Shown here one piece after another: positions 27,680-37,705 of a stretch of 64,000 nt of DNA. Position 1 is the first letter of the stretch. Every line of letters begins with the position of its first letter. The stretch covers positions 5,882-69,881 of the forward strand of contig NZ_JBLIZW010000035.1 in assembly GCF_048860245.1 (NCBI RefSeq). Direction: 5' to 3'. The notes below the pieces were generated by a model. It had not been told where the DNA came from. It did no database searches and saw nothing but the letters and a program-made list of their open reading frames with translations. The position numbers and the translations under genes are program-made. Origin of the DNA: Aquabacterium sp. GTDB lineage: Bacteria; Pseudomonadota; Gammaproteobacteria; Burkholderiales; Burkholderiaceae_C.

Positions 27680-29383
27680 TCAGGCGGCTTGGGCCTGATC
27701 GGTTTGACCCGCTTTCACGCCCAAGCGGTTGAGGGCACTCACGGTGGCCTTCAGGGCGGCCGTCACGATGTTGCCATCCAAGCCTACCCCGAAACGCTCG
27801 GTGCGGCTGTGAACGTCGGCCACTTCCACGAAGGCGCAGGCCTGGGCATGGCTGCCGGCGGTGCCTTCGCCCACCGAGCGCTCTTCGTAGCTGCGCACTT
27901 GCACGTCGATGCCCAAGCGGCGCATGGCGTTGATGGCCGCATCGATCGGGCCATTGCCTTCACCGTGAAGGCGGTGGCGCACACCGTGTACATCCAGGTC
28001 CAGCTCAATCGCTTGCTGTGAGCCGTGCTCCGACAAGCGGTGATTGACGTAGGCGATGGGCGTGCGGGCGTCGATGTAGGTCTGAGAGAACAAGTCCCAG
28101 ATGGTCTTGGCATCGATTTCGGTGCCGACCGCGTCGGCATGGCGTTGGACCACACCCGAGAACTCGACCTGCATGCGGCGGGGCATGACGATCTGGTGCT
28201 CGGATTCGAGCAAGTACGCTACGCCACCCTTGCCGGACTGGCTGTTGATGCGAATGATCGAATCGTAGGTGCGGCCCACGTCGGCGGGGTCGATGGGGAG
28301 GTAGGGCACTGTCCAGGTCTCTTCCACCTTTTGAGTGGCAAACCCCTTCTTGATGGCGTCCTGGTGGGAGCCGGAGAAGGCCGTGAACACGAGGTCCCCC
28401 ACATAAGGATGGCGTGGATGGACCGGGAGCTGGGTGCAGTATTCGTAGGTGCGGGCGATGTCGTTGATCGACGAGAAGTCGAGCTCCGGATCCACGCCTT
28501 GGGTGTAGAGGTTCAATGCCACCGTCACCAAGTCGACGTTGCCGGTGCGCTCGCCATTGCCAAAAAGACAGCCTTCCACGCGGTCTGCGCCAGCGAGGAG
28601 ACCCAATTCCGCAGCGGCCACGGCCGTGCCGCGGTCGTTGTGCGGGTGCAAGCTCAAGATGACGCTGTCGCGGCGGGCGAGGTGGCGGTGCATCCACTCG
28701 ATCTGGTCGGCGTACACATTGGGGGTGGCCACTTCCACTGTGGCGGGGAGGTTGAGGATGACTTTGCGCTCGGGCGTGGCGCCCCAGGCGGCGGTCACCG
28801 CATCACAGATGTCGCGGGCGAAATCGAGGTCGGTGGACGAGAAATGCTCGGGGCTGTACTCAAGCATGATCTGCGTCTCGGGCATGTCGGCGGCGAGTTG
28901 CTTGATCAATTCGACGGCATCCACGGCCATCTTGGTGACTTCTTCGCGGTTCATGCCGAACACGACTTCGCGGAAGTGGTCGTTGGTGGCGGTGTAGAAG
29001 TGCACGATGGCCGAACGTGCGCCTTTGAGGGACTCGAAGGTGCGGCGGATCAAATGCTCACGTGCCTGAACGAGCACTTCGATGTGCACGCCTTCGGGGA
29101 TGTGGTTTTCGTCGATGAGCTTGCGCACGAAATCGAACTCGGTCTGCGAGGCCGAAGGGAAGCCCACTTCGATCTCCTTGAAGCCGATGTCGCACAAGGT
29201 CTTGAACATGCGCATCTTCTTGTCGACGCTCATGGGTTCGAACAGCGCCTGGTTGCCGTCGCGCAGGTCCGTGCTCATCCAGATGGGGGCTTTGTCAATG
29301 GTCTTGCTGGGCCATTGGCGATCCTGGATGCGAACGGGCTGGAAAGCTTGGTACTTGGGGGTGGGCTGTTTCAACATGATCAA
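27680..29383 (-). CDS. leuA: 2-isopropylmalate synthase (long LeuA type)
   Basis: 567 aa. WMSTDLRDGNQA, HPHNDRGTAVA and the C-terminal LeuA dimerisation/regulatory domain are present. Confidence 0.92.
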   Translation of the reverse strand: MIMLKQPTPKYQAFQPVRIQDRQWPSKTIDKAPIWMSTDLRDGNQALFEPMSVDKKMRMFKTLCDIGFKEIEVGFPSASQTEFDFVRKLIDENHIPEGVHIEVLVQAREHLIRRTFESLKGARSAIVHFYTATNDHFREVVFGMNREEVTKMAVDAVELIKQLAADMPETQIMLEYSPEHFSSTDLDFARDICDAVTAAWGATPERKVILNLPATVEVATPNVYADQIEWMHRHLARRDSVILSLHPHNDRGTAVAAAELGLLAGADRVEGCLFGNGERTGNVDLVTVALNLYTQGVDPELDFSSINDIARTYEYCTQLPVHPRHPYVGDLVFTAFSGSHQDAIKKGFATQKVEETWTVPYLPIDPADVGRTYDSIIRINSQSGKGGVAYLLESEHQIVMPRRMQVEFSGVVQRHADAVGTEIDAKTIWDLFSQTYIDARTPIAYVNHRLSEHGSQQAIELDLDVHGVRHRLHGEGNGPIDAAINAMRRLGIDVQVRSYEERSVGEGTAGSHAQACAFVEVADVHSRTERFGVGLDGNIVTAALKATVSALNRLGVKAGQTDQAQAA

Positions 29384-29541
29384 CTCGCGCAGACAAGGTG
29401 TCTCGATGGGTGAAATCTTATGCTGATTGGTGAGGCATTTGATTGCGTTCTTTGCTTTGTATGAGTTTGTTTGTGCAATTAAATTGCTTAAATGTGAGTG
29501 TGTTTGGCAAAATATGCCTCATTGCTTGAATGAGGTGCATC

Positions 29542-30003
29542 ATGCAGCTTGATCGGTATGACAAAGAGATCCTGATTTGCTTGCAGCAAGACGGGCGGCT
29601 GACCAACCAGGAACTGGCCGATCGCATTGGCTTGTCGCCGTCACCGTGTCTGCGCCGAGTGCGGGCACTGGAAGAGGCGGGCCTGATCACGGGCTACCGT
29701 GCCCTGGTGGATGCTCGCAAGTTGGGCCTGACCTTGATGGCCTTGCTGCACATTTCCATGGACAAGCACACCCCGGAGCGGTTTGAGAACTTCGAGCGGG
29801 AAGTCGCCGCCATTCCCGAGGTAATGGAGTGCCTGTTGATCACCGGGCAGTCGGCGGATTACCAACTGAAAGTGGTGGTGCGGGACATGGACGCTTACCA
29901 GGATCTGCTTTTGAACCGTGTGACACGCATTGAAGGGGTGACCGGCGTTCATTCCAGCTTCGTTTTACGCAGAGTGGTCAACAACACGGCAGTCCCCGTT
30001 TAA
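29542..30003 (+). CDS. Lrp/AsnC family transcriptional regulator
   Basis: MQLDRYDKEILICLQQDGRLTNQELADRIGLSPSPCLRRVRALEEAG is a typical Lrp HTH. An RAM domain follows. Divergent from leuA. Confidence 0.88.
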   Translation: MQLDRYDKEILICLQQDGRLTNQELADRIGLSPSPCLRRVRALEEAGLITGYRALVDARKLGLTLMALLHISMDKHTPERFENFEREVAAIPEVMECLLITGQSADYQLKVVVRDMDAYQDLLLNRVTRIEGVTGVHSSFVLRRVVNNTAVPV

Positions 30004-30106
30004 GGGGGTTCACGAGCTTTGAGGCGCATCAAATCCGAGCGGACACTAACCCTTTTCCATTCCTGTACTTGAAACTAGAATAGAAATTAGTCAGCCGTTT
30101 AACAAT

Positions 30107-30565
30107 ATGTCGGTTCCCCTTCACGCGATTGCTTACGTGAGTTCTGCGACCCATCTGCTTGACAGCGGAGAGCTGGAGCAACTGTTGGTGGATGCGCGTG
30201 AGTTCAATGTGACGCAGGGGGTGACCGGTGTGCTCCTCTATGTCGATGGCTGCTTCATGCAGTGCATTGAGGGGCCGATGGAGGGGGTCGCCAGGGTCTA
30301 CCAACGGATCAAGGAGGCGAGCCGCCATCGCGGCCTGATCGAGTTGCTGAATCAGCCGGTCAAGCGTCGCGCATTTCCTGATTGGCACATGGGCTGTGGA
30401 AGCAATGCGCAGTCCGAGATGATCAACGACGCCACGGAGTCGTGGGAACGCATGTTGTCATCCGCCCGGGAGGTGGATGAATCGGTGCCAAGCCTTTTAT
30501 TGCTGCGCGCATTCTGGAAAGAGAGCCGAGCTGCTCGCACCAAGCGTGTCATGGCGAAGGCCTGA
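30107..30565 (+). CDS. Short BLUF-domain blue-light FAD photoreceptor
   Basis: YVSSA...FNVTQGVTGVLLYVDGCFMQCIEGP...RHRGLIELL...F.DWHM matches the BLUF fold signature (Tyr, Gln, Trp/Met positions). 152 aa with a short C-terminal extension. Confidence 0.85.
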   Translation: MSVPLHAIAYVSSATHLLDSGELEQLLVDAREFNVTQGVTGVLLYVDGCFMQCIEGPMEGVARVYQRIKEASRHRGLIELLNQPVKRRAFPDWHMGCGSNAQSEMINDATESWERMLSSAREVDESVPSLLLLRAFWKESRAARTKRVMAKA

Positions 30566-30679
30566 TGCGCCCATTCGGGTAATCGCCATCCCTTCCTTGA
30601 AGGTGTTGTCGCGGTTTCGACCCCGCCGCGCGCTACAGTGCTGCACAAATTCGAATATCTGCCGGGTGAGGTTTCCCGG

Positions 30680-31384
30680 ATGTCGTGGAGCGTGGGCATG
30701 CATATCACCCGTAGAACAGTTTTGTCGCTGACCGCAACGCAGCTTGCTCTGCTGAATGCGGGTTGTGCGACGGGCCCCGCCCCGGTCACGCGCCATTACA
30801 CCGAGAAGGTGTCCATGCTGCTGATTTCGCAGGATCACAAACAACTGGTGATCCTGGGGGATAACCACCACTATGTGTTTGATTGCCCGCCCGATGTGGC
30901 CATGCTGCCCAAGTCGCCTTTGCGTGCGAAGGTCAGCGCGGCGTTTTCGCCCTTCAAGGTGGACATCGAAGGCGTGATCACCGGCATGTACATGCTGCAC
31001 CTGCCCGACAACCTCACGCCGGTGGAAGTCGATCAAGCCCACGAGTTGGGCTTCACGCAAGACGAGCAGGGTCACTGGTTCTTGGGTAACAAGCTGACGG
31101 GCAAGCGCTATGTGCAGGGCAACACCCTGCGGGCGTGGCGCGATCATGAAAAACTCAACCGCACTTATGAAGTGTCGGTCGAGGCGGTCGAGACGCCCAT
31201 TCAGCATGCGGCCGAGGAAATGTCCACACCGGTCTATCTGACATCACATGGGGTGCTGCTGATTTATCTGGCGCCTCTGGCACCATTGCTCATTCCCATG
31301 ATGTTCATGTCTTACGAAAAGCGTCCCCAGTTGCCGAGCGCTGCGTCGGCGGAGTCGACGCCTGCGAGCGCGGTTGCCCCATGA
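30680..31384 (+). CDS. Hypothetical lipoprotein with C-terminal membrane anchor
   Basis: Tat-like/lipobox N-terminus (MHITRRTVLSLTATQLALLNAGC). C-terminal hydrophobic helix (GVLLIYLAPLAPLLIPMMFM). The stop overlaps the lrgA-like start (ATGA). Start could be 30638 GTG, 30680 or 30698 ATG. Confidence 0.55.
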   Translation: MSWSVGMHITRRTVLSLTATQLALLNAGCATGPAPVTRHYTEKVSMLLISQDHKQLVILGDNHHYVFDCPPDVAMLPKSPLRAKVSAAFSPFKVDIEGVITGMYMLHLPDNLTPVEVDQAHELGFTQDEQGHWFLGNKLTGKRYVQGNTLRAWRDHEKLNRTYEVSVEAVETPIQHAAEEMSTPVYLTSHGVLLIYLAPLAPLLIPMMFMSYEKRPQLPSAASAESTPASAVAP

Positions 31385-31740
31385 TTCAAGGTATGGCCAT
31401 GCTGGTGGCCGGTCAGTTGCTGGGTGAGGCAGTGGTCAGTGTGACAGGTCTGCCCATTCCGGGATCGGTGGCGGGCATGGTGCTGGTGTTGCTGGCGCTG
31501 TTGTACAAAAAGGGCCATTTGCCGGAGTTGCGACGGGCGGGTTCCACCATGTTGTTGCTGGTGCCCTTGCTGCTGGTGCCCGTCAGTGTCGGGATCATGG
31601 AGCAGGCAGACTTGCTGGCTGCCAACTGGTGGCCCTTGACTGCCGCCTTGTTGGTCAGCATCGTGGCCGGGATGGTCGCCACGGGTTGGACGATCCGTGT
31701 CCTGCGGCGTCTGGATGGTCAGGCAGGTGACGATGTCTGA
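31381..31740 (+). CDS. CidA/LrgA family (holin-like) membrane protein
   Basis: 119 aa with four hydrophobic helices. The LLGEAVV...GLPIPGSVAGMVL motif is typical of LrgA. Confidence 0.8.
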   Translation: MIQGMAMLVAGQLLGEAVVSVTGLPIPGSVAGMVLVLLALLYKKGHLPELRRAGSTMLLLVPLLLVPVSVGIMEQADLLAANWWPLTAALLVSIVAGMVATGWTIRVLRRLDGQAGDDV

Positions 31741-32455
31741 GGTGCTGATGCATGCCGCGCAGGTGGTGACGCATCACCATCTGTTTCCGCTGTTTCTGAC
31801 CCTGTCGGCTTACGCCGCCGCGACCTGGTTGTTCAAAAAGGCCGGTCAGTCGCCGTTTGTCCACCCGCTCGTGTTGTCGGTGGCGATGGTGATCGTGGCG
31901 CTGAAAGCCCTGGGGATGTCGTACCAGCATTACTTCCAGGCCACGCAGTTTTTGCACTGGATGCTGGGCCTGGCCATTGTGGCCTTGGCGATTCCGCTGT
32001 ATGCCGAGTTGCAGCATGTGGGCGCACGCTGGAAAAGCACCCTGGCCGCCATTGTGGTGGGCAGCGTCGTGGGGGTGGGCACGGCCATGCTGACCGCTTG
32101 GTGGCTGGGTGGCAGCCATGAGCTGGTGCTGGCGCTGGCCACCAAGTCGGTGACCACGGCGCTGGCCACGGTGGTGGCGCAACAGGTGGGCGCCAATGTG
32201 GCCTTGGCCGCCACCATCGTGCTGGTGACGGGGCTGCTGGGCGCGGTGATCGGTCCCTGGCTGCTTGCACGCATTTTGCCCAACGACGATGCCGCCCTGG
32301 GCACGGCACTGGGTACCTGCGCCCATGCCATCGGCACGTCGCGCGCCCTGCAGTTGGGTGAGCGCTGCGGTGCCTTTTCAGCGCTGGCCATGGGACTCAA
32401 TGGCTTGTTGACGGCCGCATTGCTGCCCATCTTGCTGAAATGGTGGGGTGCTTGA
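31733..32455 (+). CDS. LrgB family membrane protein
   Basis: About 240 aa and hydrophobic. Trimmed to ATG at 31733, overlapping the lrgA-like stop by 8 nt. SVTTALA motif typical of LrgB. Confidence 0.8.
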   Translation: MSEVLMHAAQVVTHHHLFPLFLTLSAYAAATWLFKKAGQSPFVHPLVLSVAMVIVALKALGMSYQHYFQATQFLHWMLGLAIVALAIPLYAELQHVGARWKSTLAAIVVGSVVGVGTAMLTAWWLGGSHELVLALATKSVTTALATVVAQQVGANVALAATIVLVTGLLGAVIGPWLLARILPNDDAALGTALGTCAHAIGTSRALQLGERCGAFSALAMGLNGLLTAALLPILLKWWGA

Positions 32456-32554
32456 GCGTTGAAGGTGCCCATGCACCACGATGGTGGCCCGTAACTTGCT
32501 GGTGTCACACACAGTCCGCACAATGTTTGCGGAGATGTCTTGCTGGAGATCTGT

Positions 32555-35500
32555 GTGTCCATCCACGTTGCCCTCAATCACGTCACGCATTACAAGTACG
32601 ACCGCCCGGTCAACCTGTCGCCACAGGTGATTCGTCTGCGGCCCGCGCCGCATTGCCGCACGCGGATCTTGTCGTACGCCCTCAAGGTCGAGCCTGCGCA
32701 GCACTTCATCAACTGGCAGCAGGATCCCTTCTCGAATCACCTGGCGCGCCTGGTGTTTCCCGAGAAAACGACCGAATTCAAGATCACGGTCGATGTGGTC
32801 GCCGAGATGGCGGTCTACAACCCCTTCGACTTCTTTCTGGAGCCGCACGCCGAGACCTTCCCGTTTACCTACGACGAAGCCTCGCTGCATGACCTCCAGC
32901 CCTACCTGGCCAAGGTCGAGCCGACGCCCGCCTTCCAGGCCTTTCTGAACACGATTGACCGCAGCGAAGTCCGCACGATCGACTTCCTCGTTCAACTCAA
33001 CCAGCGCCTGCAAAACGACATTTCGTACACCATCCGCATGGAGCCAGGGGTGCAGACGCCGGAGGAGACGCTGACGCTGAAGTCGGGTTCGTGCCGCGAC
33101 ACGGGCTGGCTGCTGGTGCAGACCTTGCGGCACATGGGCTTGGCGGCCCGCTTTGTGTCGGGCTACCTGATTCAGCTGAAAGCCGATGTGGCCGCGCTGG
33201 ATGGCCCGTCGGGCACAGAGGTTGACTTCACCGACCTGCACGCCTGGTGCGAGGTTTTCCTGCCAGGTGCGGGCTGGATTGGCCTGGACCCCACCTCGGG
33301 CTTGCTGGCAGGCGAAGGGCACATCCCTGTGGCCTGTACGCCAGAACCCACCGGTGCAGCCCCTGTGACCGGCGCCGTGGACGAGTGCGAGTGCGAGTTC
33401 GAGCACCACATGGCGGTGACCCGCATTTACGAGTCGCCCCGTGTGACCAAGCCGTACACCGATGACCAGTGGCAGGCCATTGATGCCTTGGGTGCCACGG
33501 TGGACCAGCACTTGGCTCAATCGGATGTGCGCCTGACCATGGGTGGCGAGCCGACCTTTGTGTCGGTGGACGACCGCGATGGTGCGGAGTGGAACACCGA
33601 CGCGCTGGGCCCCACCAAGCGCGGGCTTGCCACCAAATTGGTGCATAAGCTGCGCGCCCGGTATGGTGACGGTGGTTTCCTGCACTTTGGCCAAGGCAAG
33701 TGGTATCCGGGCGAGCAGTTGCCCCGCTGGGCGCTGTCGATTTTCTGGCGTGAAGACGGCCAGCCTTGCTGGCACGACCCGAGCCTGTTTGCCGACGAGC
33801 AAACCTGTGAGCGCTACACCAGCGAAGACGCCAAGCGCTTCATGGACACGCTGGCCACCAAGTTGGGCCTGTCCACGCAGTTCATCACCCCAGGCTACGA
33901 GGACACCTGGTACTACTTGTGGCGCGAGCGCCGTCTGCCCGTGAACGTGGACCCGCTGGATGCGCGTCTGGATGACGAGCTGGAGCGTGTCCGACTGCGT
34001 CGCGTGTTTGACCAAGGGCTGGACCACACGGTGGGCTATGTGCTGCCAATCAAACCCAATGAGCAGGTGCCGCTGGGTGGGCCACGCTGGTCGACCGGCC
34101 CCTGGTTCTTCCGGGACGAGCGCATGTACCTGATCCCGGGCGATTCGCCCATGGGTTATCGCCTGCCGCTGGACTCGCTGCCTTGGGTGTCCAAGGGCGA
34201 GTACCCCTATCTGCATGAGCACGATCCGTTTGCGCCCAAGTCAGCCTTGCCTGATGCCTCGGCGCTGCGCGCGCAGTACGGGCAGCATCAGGTGGGTGGC
34301 GGTTTTGCGCAAGGTGGCGCTGTGTCCATCCAGGGGCAGGGCGTGACGGGTTTGGGTGGTGGTGCACTCAACGGTGAGTGGGGCGCGCTGGGTGCCAATC
34401 CGGCGTCGACGGGGCCAGGGGCCTCGACCAGCGCGTTGGTCGACCCGATGCGGGCACCGTCTCGCTTTGAGTCGGCGCACTGGATCACCCGCACCGCGCT
34501 GTGCGTGGAAGTGCGCAACCCGGATCGCGCCAGCGGCCCCAAGGTCGAGACCGAAGGGCAGGGCGGTGGTGTGCTGTATGTGTTCATGCCGCCCCTGGCC
34601 AGCCTGGATCACTATCTGGAGTTGCTGGCTGCGGTCGAGGCCACGGCCGTTGAGACTGGCTTGAAGCTGGTGCTGGAAGGCTACCCGCCGCCACGCGATG
34701 CACGCTTGAAGGTGCTGCAGGTGACACCCGATCCCGGTGTCATCGAGGTCAACATCCATCCGGCGTCCAGCTGGGCCCAGTTGGTGGATCACACCGAGTT
34801 TCTGTACCAGGCGGCGCACGAAACCCGCTTGTCGACCGAGAAGTTCATGGTCGACGGTCGTCACACCGGCACCGGCGGCGGCAACCACTTCGTGCTGGGT
34901 GGGGCCACACCGTCGGACAGCCCCTTCCTGCGTCGCCCGGATCTCATTCCCAGCCTGCTGACTTTCTGGCATAACCACCCGTCGTTGTCGTACCTGTTCT
35001 CGGGCCTGTTCATCGGCCCGACCAGCCAGGCGCCGCGCATTGACGAGGCCCGCCAGGATCAGGTGTACGAAACCGAGATCGGGTTGAGCGAGATCGAGCG
35101 GCAGTTGGCCATTTGGGGGCAGTGCCCGCCCTGGCTGATCGACCGCACCTTGCGCAACTTGCTGATTGATGCGACGGGCAACACGCACCGCAGCGAGTTC
35201 TGCATCGATAAGCTGTATTCGCCAGACGGCCCGACCGGACGTTTGGGCTTGCTGGAGCTGCGTGCCTTCGAGATGCCGCCCCATGCCCAGATGAGTCTGG
35301 TGCAGCAACTGCTGTTGCGTGCGCTGGTGGCCTGGTTCTGGAAAGAGCCGTACAAGGGCCATGGCGCACAGCGCCTGACGCGGTGGGGCACAGGTCTGCA
35401 TGACCGCTTCATGCTGCCGAGCTTTGTTCATCAGGACTTTGAAGACGTGCTGGCCGAGCTGGGCATGGCGGGCTACCACTTTGAGTCCAGCTGGTTTGCG

Positions 35501-36070
35501 CCGCACTTCGAGTTCCGCTTCCCCTACATCGGCGAAATCGCTTCGTCAGGCGTACGCCTGACCCTGCGCAGTGCCCTGGAGCCCTGGCATGTGATGGGTG
35601 AAGAAGGTGCTGTGGGTGGCACGGTGCGCTATGTGGACTCGTCGCTGGAGCGTCTGGAAGTCAAGGCCACGGGCTTGAACGGCAACCGACACGTCATCAC
35701 GGTTAACGGGCAGATTTTGCCCATGCACCCCACGGGGCGTGTGGGCGAGTTCGTGGCCGGCGTGCGCTCCCGCGCACGGCAGCCGCCGTCCTGTCTGCAC
35801 CCCACCATTGGTGTGGATGCGCCGCTCACGTTTGACGTGGTGGACAGCTGGCTCAAGCGCTCGGTGGGCGGGTGCCAGTACCATGTGGCACACCCTGGTG
35901 GCCGCAATTACGACACCTTCCCCATCAACTCGTACGAGGCTGAAAGCCGTCGTCTGGCGCGCTTCTTCCGCATGGGCCACACGCCGGGCACCATGCAGAT
36001 CAAGCCTTTGCCTGCGGGCATCGAGCATCCGCTGACGCTGGATTTGCGGACCACGCGACAGGCGTCTTGA
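32555..36070 (+). CDS. Large transglutaminase-family protein with C-terminal DUF2126-type (predicted amidoligase) region
   Basis: GTG at 32555 follows GGAGA. Bact_transglu_N-like start (HVALNHVTHYKYDRPV). Transglutaminase-core Cys/His/Asp (SGSCRDTGW, DLHAWCEVF, GLDPTSG). A long conserved C-terminal extension follows. Confidence 0.85.
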   Translation: MSIHVALNHVTHYKYDRPVNLSPQVIRLRPAPHCRTRILSYALKVEPAQHFINWQQDPFSNHLARLVFPEKTTEFKITVDVVAEMAVYNPFDFFLEPHAETFPFTYDEASLHDLQPYLAKVEPTPAFQAFLNTIDRSEVRTIDFLVQLNQRLQNDISYTIRMEPGVQTPEETLTLKSGSCRDTGWLLVQTLRHMGLAARFVSGYLIQLKADVAALDGPSGTEVDFTDLHAWCEVFLPGAGWIGLDPTSGLLAGEGHIPVACTPEPTGAAPVTGAVDECECEFEHHMAVTRIYESPRVTKPYTDDQWQAIDALGATVDQHLAQSDVRLTMGGEPTFVSVDDRDGAEWNTDALGPTKRGLATKLVHKLRARYGDGGFLHFGQGKWYPGEQLPRWALSIFWREDGQPCWHDPSLFADEQTCERYTSEDAKRFMDTLATKLGLSTQFITPGYEDTWYYLWRERRLPVNVDPLDARLDDELERVRLRRVFDQGLDHTVGYVLPIKPNEQVPLGGPRWSTGPWFFRDERMYLIPGDSPMGYRLPLDSLPWVSKGEYPYLHEHDPFAPKSALPDASALRAQYGQHQVGGGFAQGGAVSIQGQGVTGLGGGALNGEWGALGANPASTGPGASTSALVDPMRAPSRFESAHWITRTALCVEVRNPDRASGPKVETEGQGGGVLYVFMPPLASLDHYLELLAAVEATAVETGLKLVLEGYPPPRDARLKVLQVTPDPGVIEVNIHPASSWAQLVDHTEFLYQAAHETRLSTEKFMVDGRHTGTGGGNHFVLGGATPSDSPFLRRPDLIPSLLTFWHNHPSLSYLFSGLFIGPTSQAPRIDEARQDQVYETEIGLSEIERQLAIWGQCPPWLIDRTLRNLLIDATGNTHRSEFCIDKLYSPDGPTGRLGLLELRAFEMPPHAQMSLVQQLLLRALVAWFWKEPYKGHGAQRLTRWGTGLHDRFMLPSFVHQDFEDVLAELGMAGYHFESSWFAPHFEFRFPYIGEIASSGVRLTLRSALEPWHVMGEEGAVGGTVRYVDSSLERLEVKATGLNGNRHVITVNGQILPMHPTGRVGEFVAGVRSRARQPPSCLHPTIGVDAPLTFDVVDSWLKRSVGGCQYHVAHPGGRNYDTFPINSYEAESRRLARFFRMGHTPGTMQIKPLPAGIEHPLTLDLRTTRQAS

Positions 36071-36082
36071 TCACGCCCAAGC

Positions 36083-36111
36083 AAAAAGGGGAGCATCCGC
36101 TCCCCTTTTTT
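36083..36111. terminator. Bidirectional rho-independent terminator
   Basis: AAAAAGGGGAGC-atcc-GCTCCCCTTTTTT lies between the convergent transglutaminase-DUF2126 and MCP genes. Confidence 0.7.
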
Positions 36112-36142
36112 ATGCCCCGGTCTGGCGTCGTTTGTTCGCAGG

Positions 36143-37705
36143 TCAATGTGTGCGGAACACTGAAACCAGTTCGTTCAAGGTTTGGGCCTGATGCTTCAGG
36201 CTCTCTGACGCAGCCGCAGACTCTTCCACCAGCGCGGCATTCTGTTGTGTGACCTGATCCAGTTGCATGACGGCGTCGCTGACTTGGTCGATGCCGGTGG
36301 ATTGTTCGTTCGATGCCGAGGCGATTTCGTTGATCAGTCCCGTGACGCGCTGAACCTGCTGCACGATGCCCTGCATGTGCTGGCCGGCTTCGCTGACCAG
36401 CGATTCGCCGGCGGCCACCTTCTCAACGCTCTCGTTGATCAGTGTCTTGATTTCGCGCGCGGCATTGGCGCTGCGCTGTGCCAAGGCGCGGACTTCACCG
36501 GCCACCACCGCGAAGCCACGACCTTGTTCACCTGCACGGGCGGCCTCCACCGCGGCATTGAGCGCCAAGATGTTGGTCTGGAAGGCGATGCCATCGATCA
36601 CGCTGATGATGTCGGCAATCCGGTGGCTGGAATGGGTGATGTCACCCATGGTCTGCACCACGCGGTTCACCACGTCGCCACCGACGGCCGCTGCCGACGA
36701 CGCTTCGGCCGCGATGCGCGCTGCCTGATGGGCTGTGTCGGCGTTGTTGCGCACGGTGGAGTTCAGCTCCTCCATGGCCGCAGCGGTTTCTTCGAGGTTG
36801 GAGGCTTGCTCTTCGGTGCGCTGAGACAGATCAGCGTTGCCCATGGCAATCTCGGTCGCACCTGTCGAAATCGACTCGCTGCTTTGGCGTACCCGCGTGA
36901 CCATGTTGACCAGGCTGTCGTTCATGTGTCGCAGCGCAGTCAGGACTTGCGCGGTTTCGTCGCGGCCCTGATCGTGGATGACCGACGTCAGGTCGCCGGA
37001 CGCCACAGTCTCGGCAACCTGAACGGCCTCATTGAGTGGGCGAACGATGGAGCGCGTGATGACCACACCAATCAGCACCGTCAAGGCCACCGTGATGGCC
37101 CCTGCCACGATCATGGCCACCGACACTTGCGTGTAGGACGATTTGCTGGAGTCGCTCACCTTGCCGGCGAGGACTTCGTTGTACTTCCACAGGGCTTCCA
37201 CCGCTTCACTGGCCGTCTGGAATGCGGGGCCACCGCGCTTGATCACCACATCACGGTATTGCTCAAACAAGACGGGATCGGTGTTCGATTTTTTTGCCAG
37301 TTCCGACGCTTCTGTGGAGATGGCGGCATAGGCTTGCGTGGCCTTGTCCACCGCCTCCAGGAGTTGTCGATCAGTGTCGTCCGCGGTCAAAGACTTGTAG
37401 CGCTCCACGGCGGCGCGCATGTCCGCCTCGTGTTGTTGCACGATGGCGTAGTCCTTGATGCGGTCGTCATGATTGGCTTGCAGCAGGGCGCGCAGCTCAT
37501 AGCGACGACTGTCTCCCAGGTGCGCGCGGAATTTGTAGATTTCCGTGAGCGAGGGAACAATGTTGTCCGAAAAGGCAACCGTGTTGTCGTTCAGGACACC
37601 AGCCTGATGCTTGCCGAAGATCTGACTCCCCAGGAACAAACAGAGAATGACGCCAAAGCCCAGCGCCAGTCGTTGGCCGATCTTGAGGTTGCCCAAAAAT
37701 TGCAT
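36143..37705 (-). CDS. Methyl-accepting chemotaxis protein
   Basis: Trimmed to ATG at 37705 ([23 protein letters not shown]1). Periplasmic four-helix-type sensor, HAMP, and a highly conserved signalling hairpin ([37 protein letters not shown]). Confidence 0.9.
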   Translation of the reverse strand: MQFLGNLKIGQRLALGFGVILCLFLGSQIFGKHQAGVLNDNTVAFSDNIVPSLTEIYKFRAHLGDSRRYELRALLQANHDDRIKDYAIVQQHEADMRAAVERYKSLTADDTDRQLLEAVDKATQAYAAISTEASELAKKSNTDPVLFEQYRDVVIKRGGPAFQTASEAVEALWKYNEVLAGKVSDSSKSSYTQVSVAMIVAGAITVALTVLIGVVITRSIVRPLNEAVQVAETVASGDLTSVIHDQGRDETAQVLTALRHMNDSLVNMVTRVRQSSESISTGATEIAMGNADLSQRTEEQASNLEETAAAMEELNSTVRNNADTAHQAARIAAEASSAAAVGGDVVNRVVQTMGDITHSSHRIADIISVIDGIAFQTNILALNAAVEAARAGEQGRGFAVVAGEVRALAQRSANAAREIKTLINESVEKVAAGESLVSEAGQHMQGIVQQVQRVTGLINEIASASNEQSTGIDQVSDAVMQLDQVTQQNAALVEESAAASESLKHQAQTLNELVSVFRTH

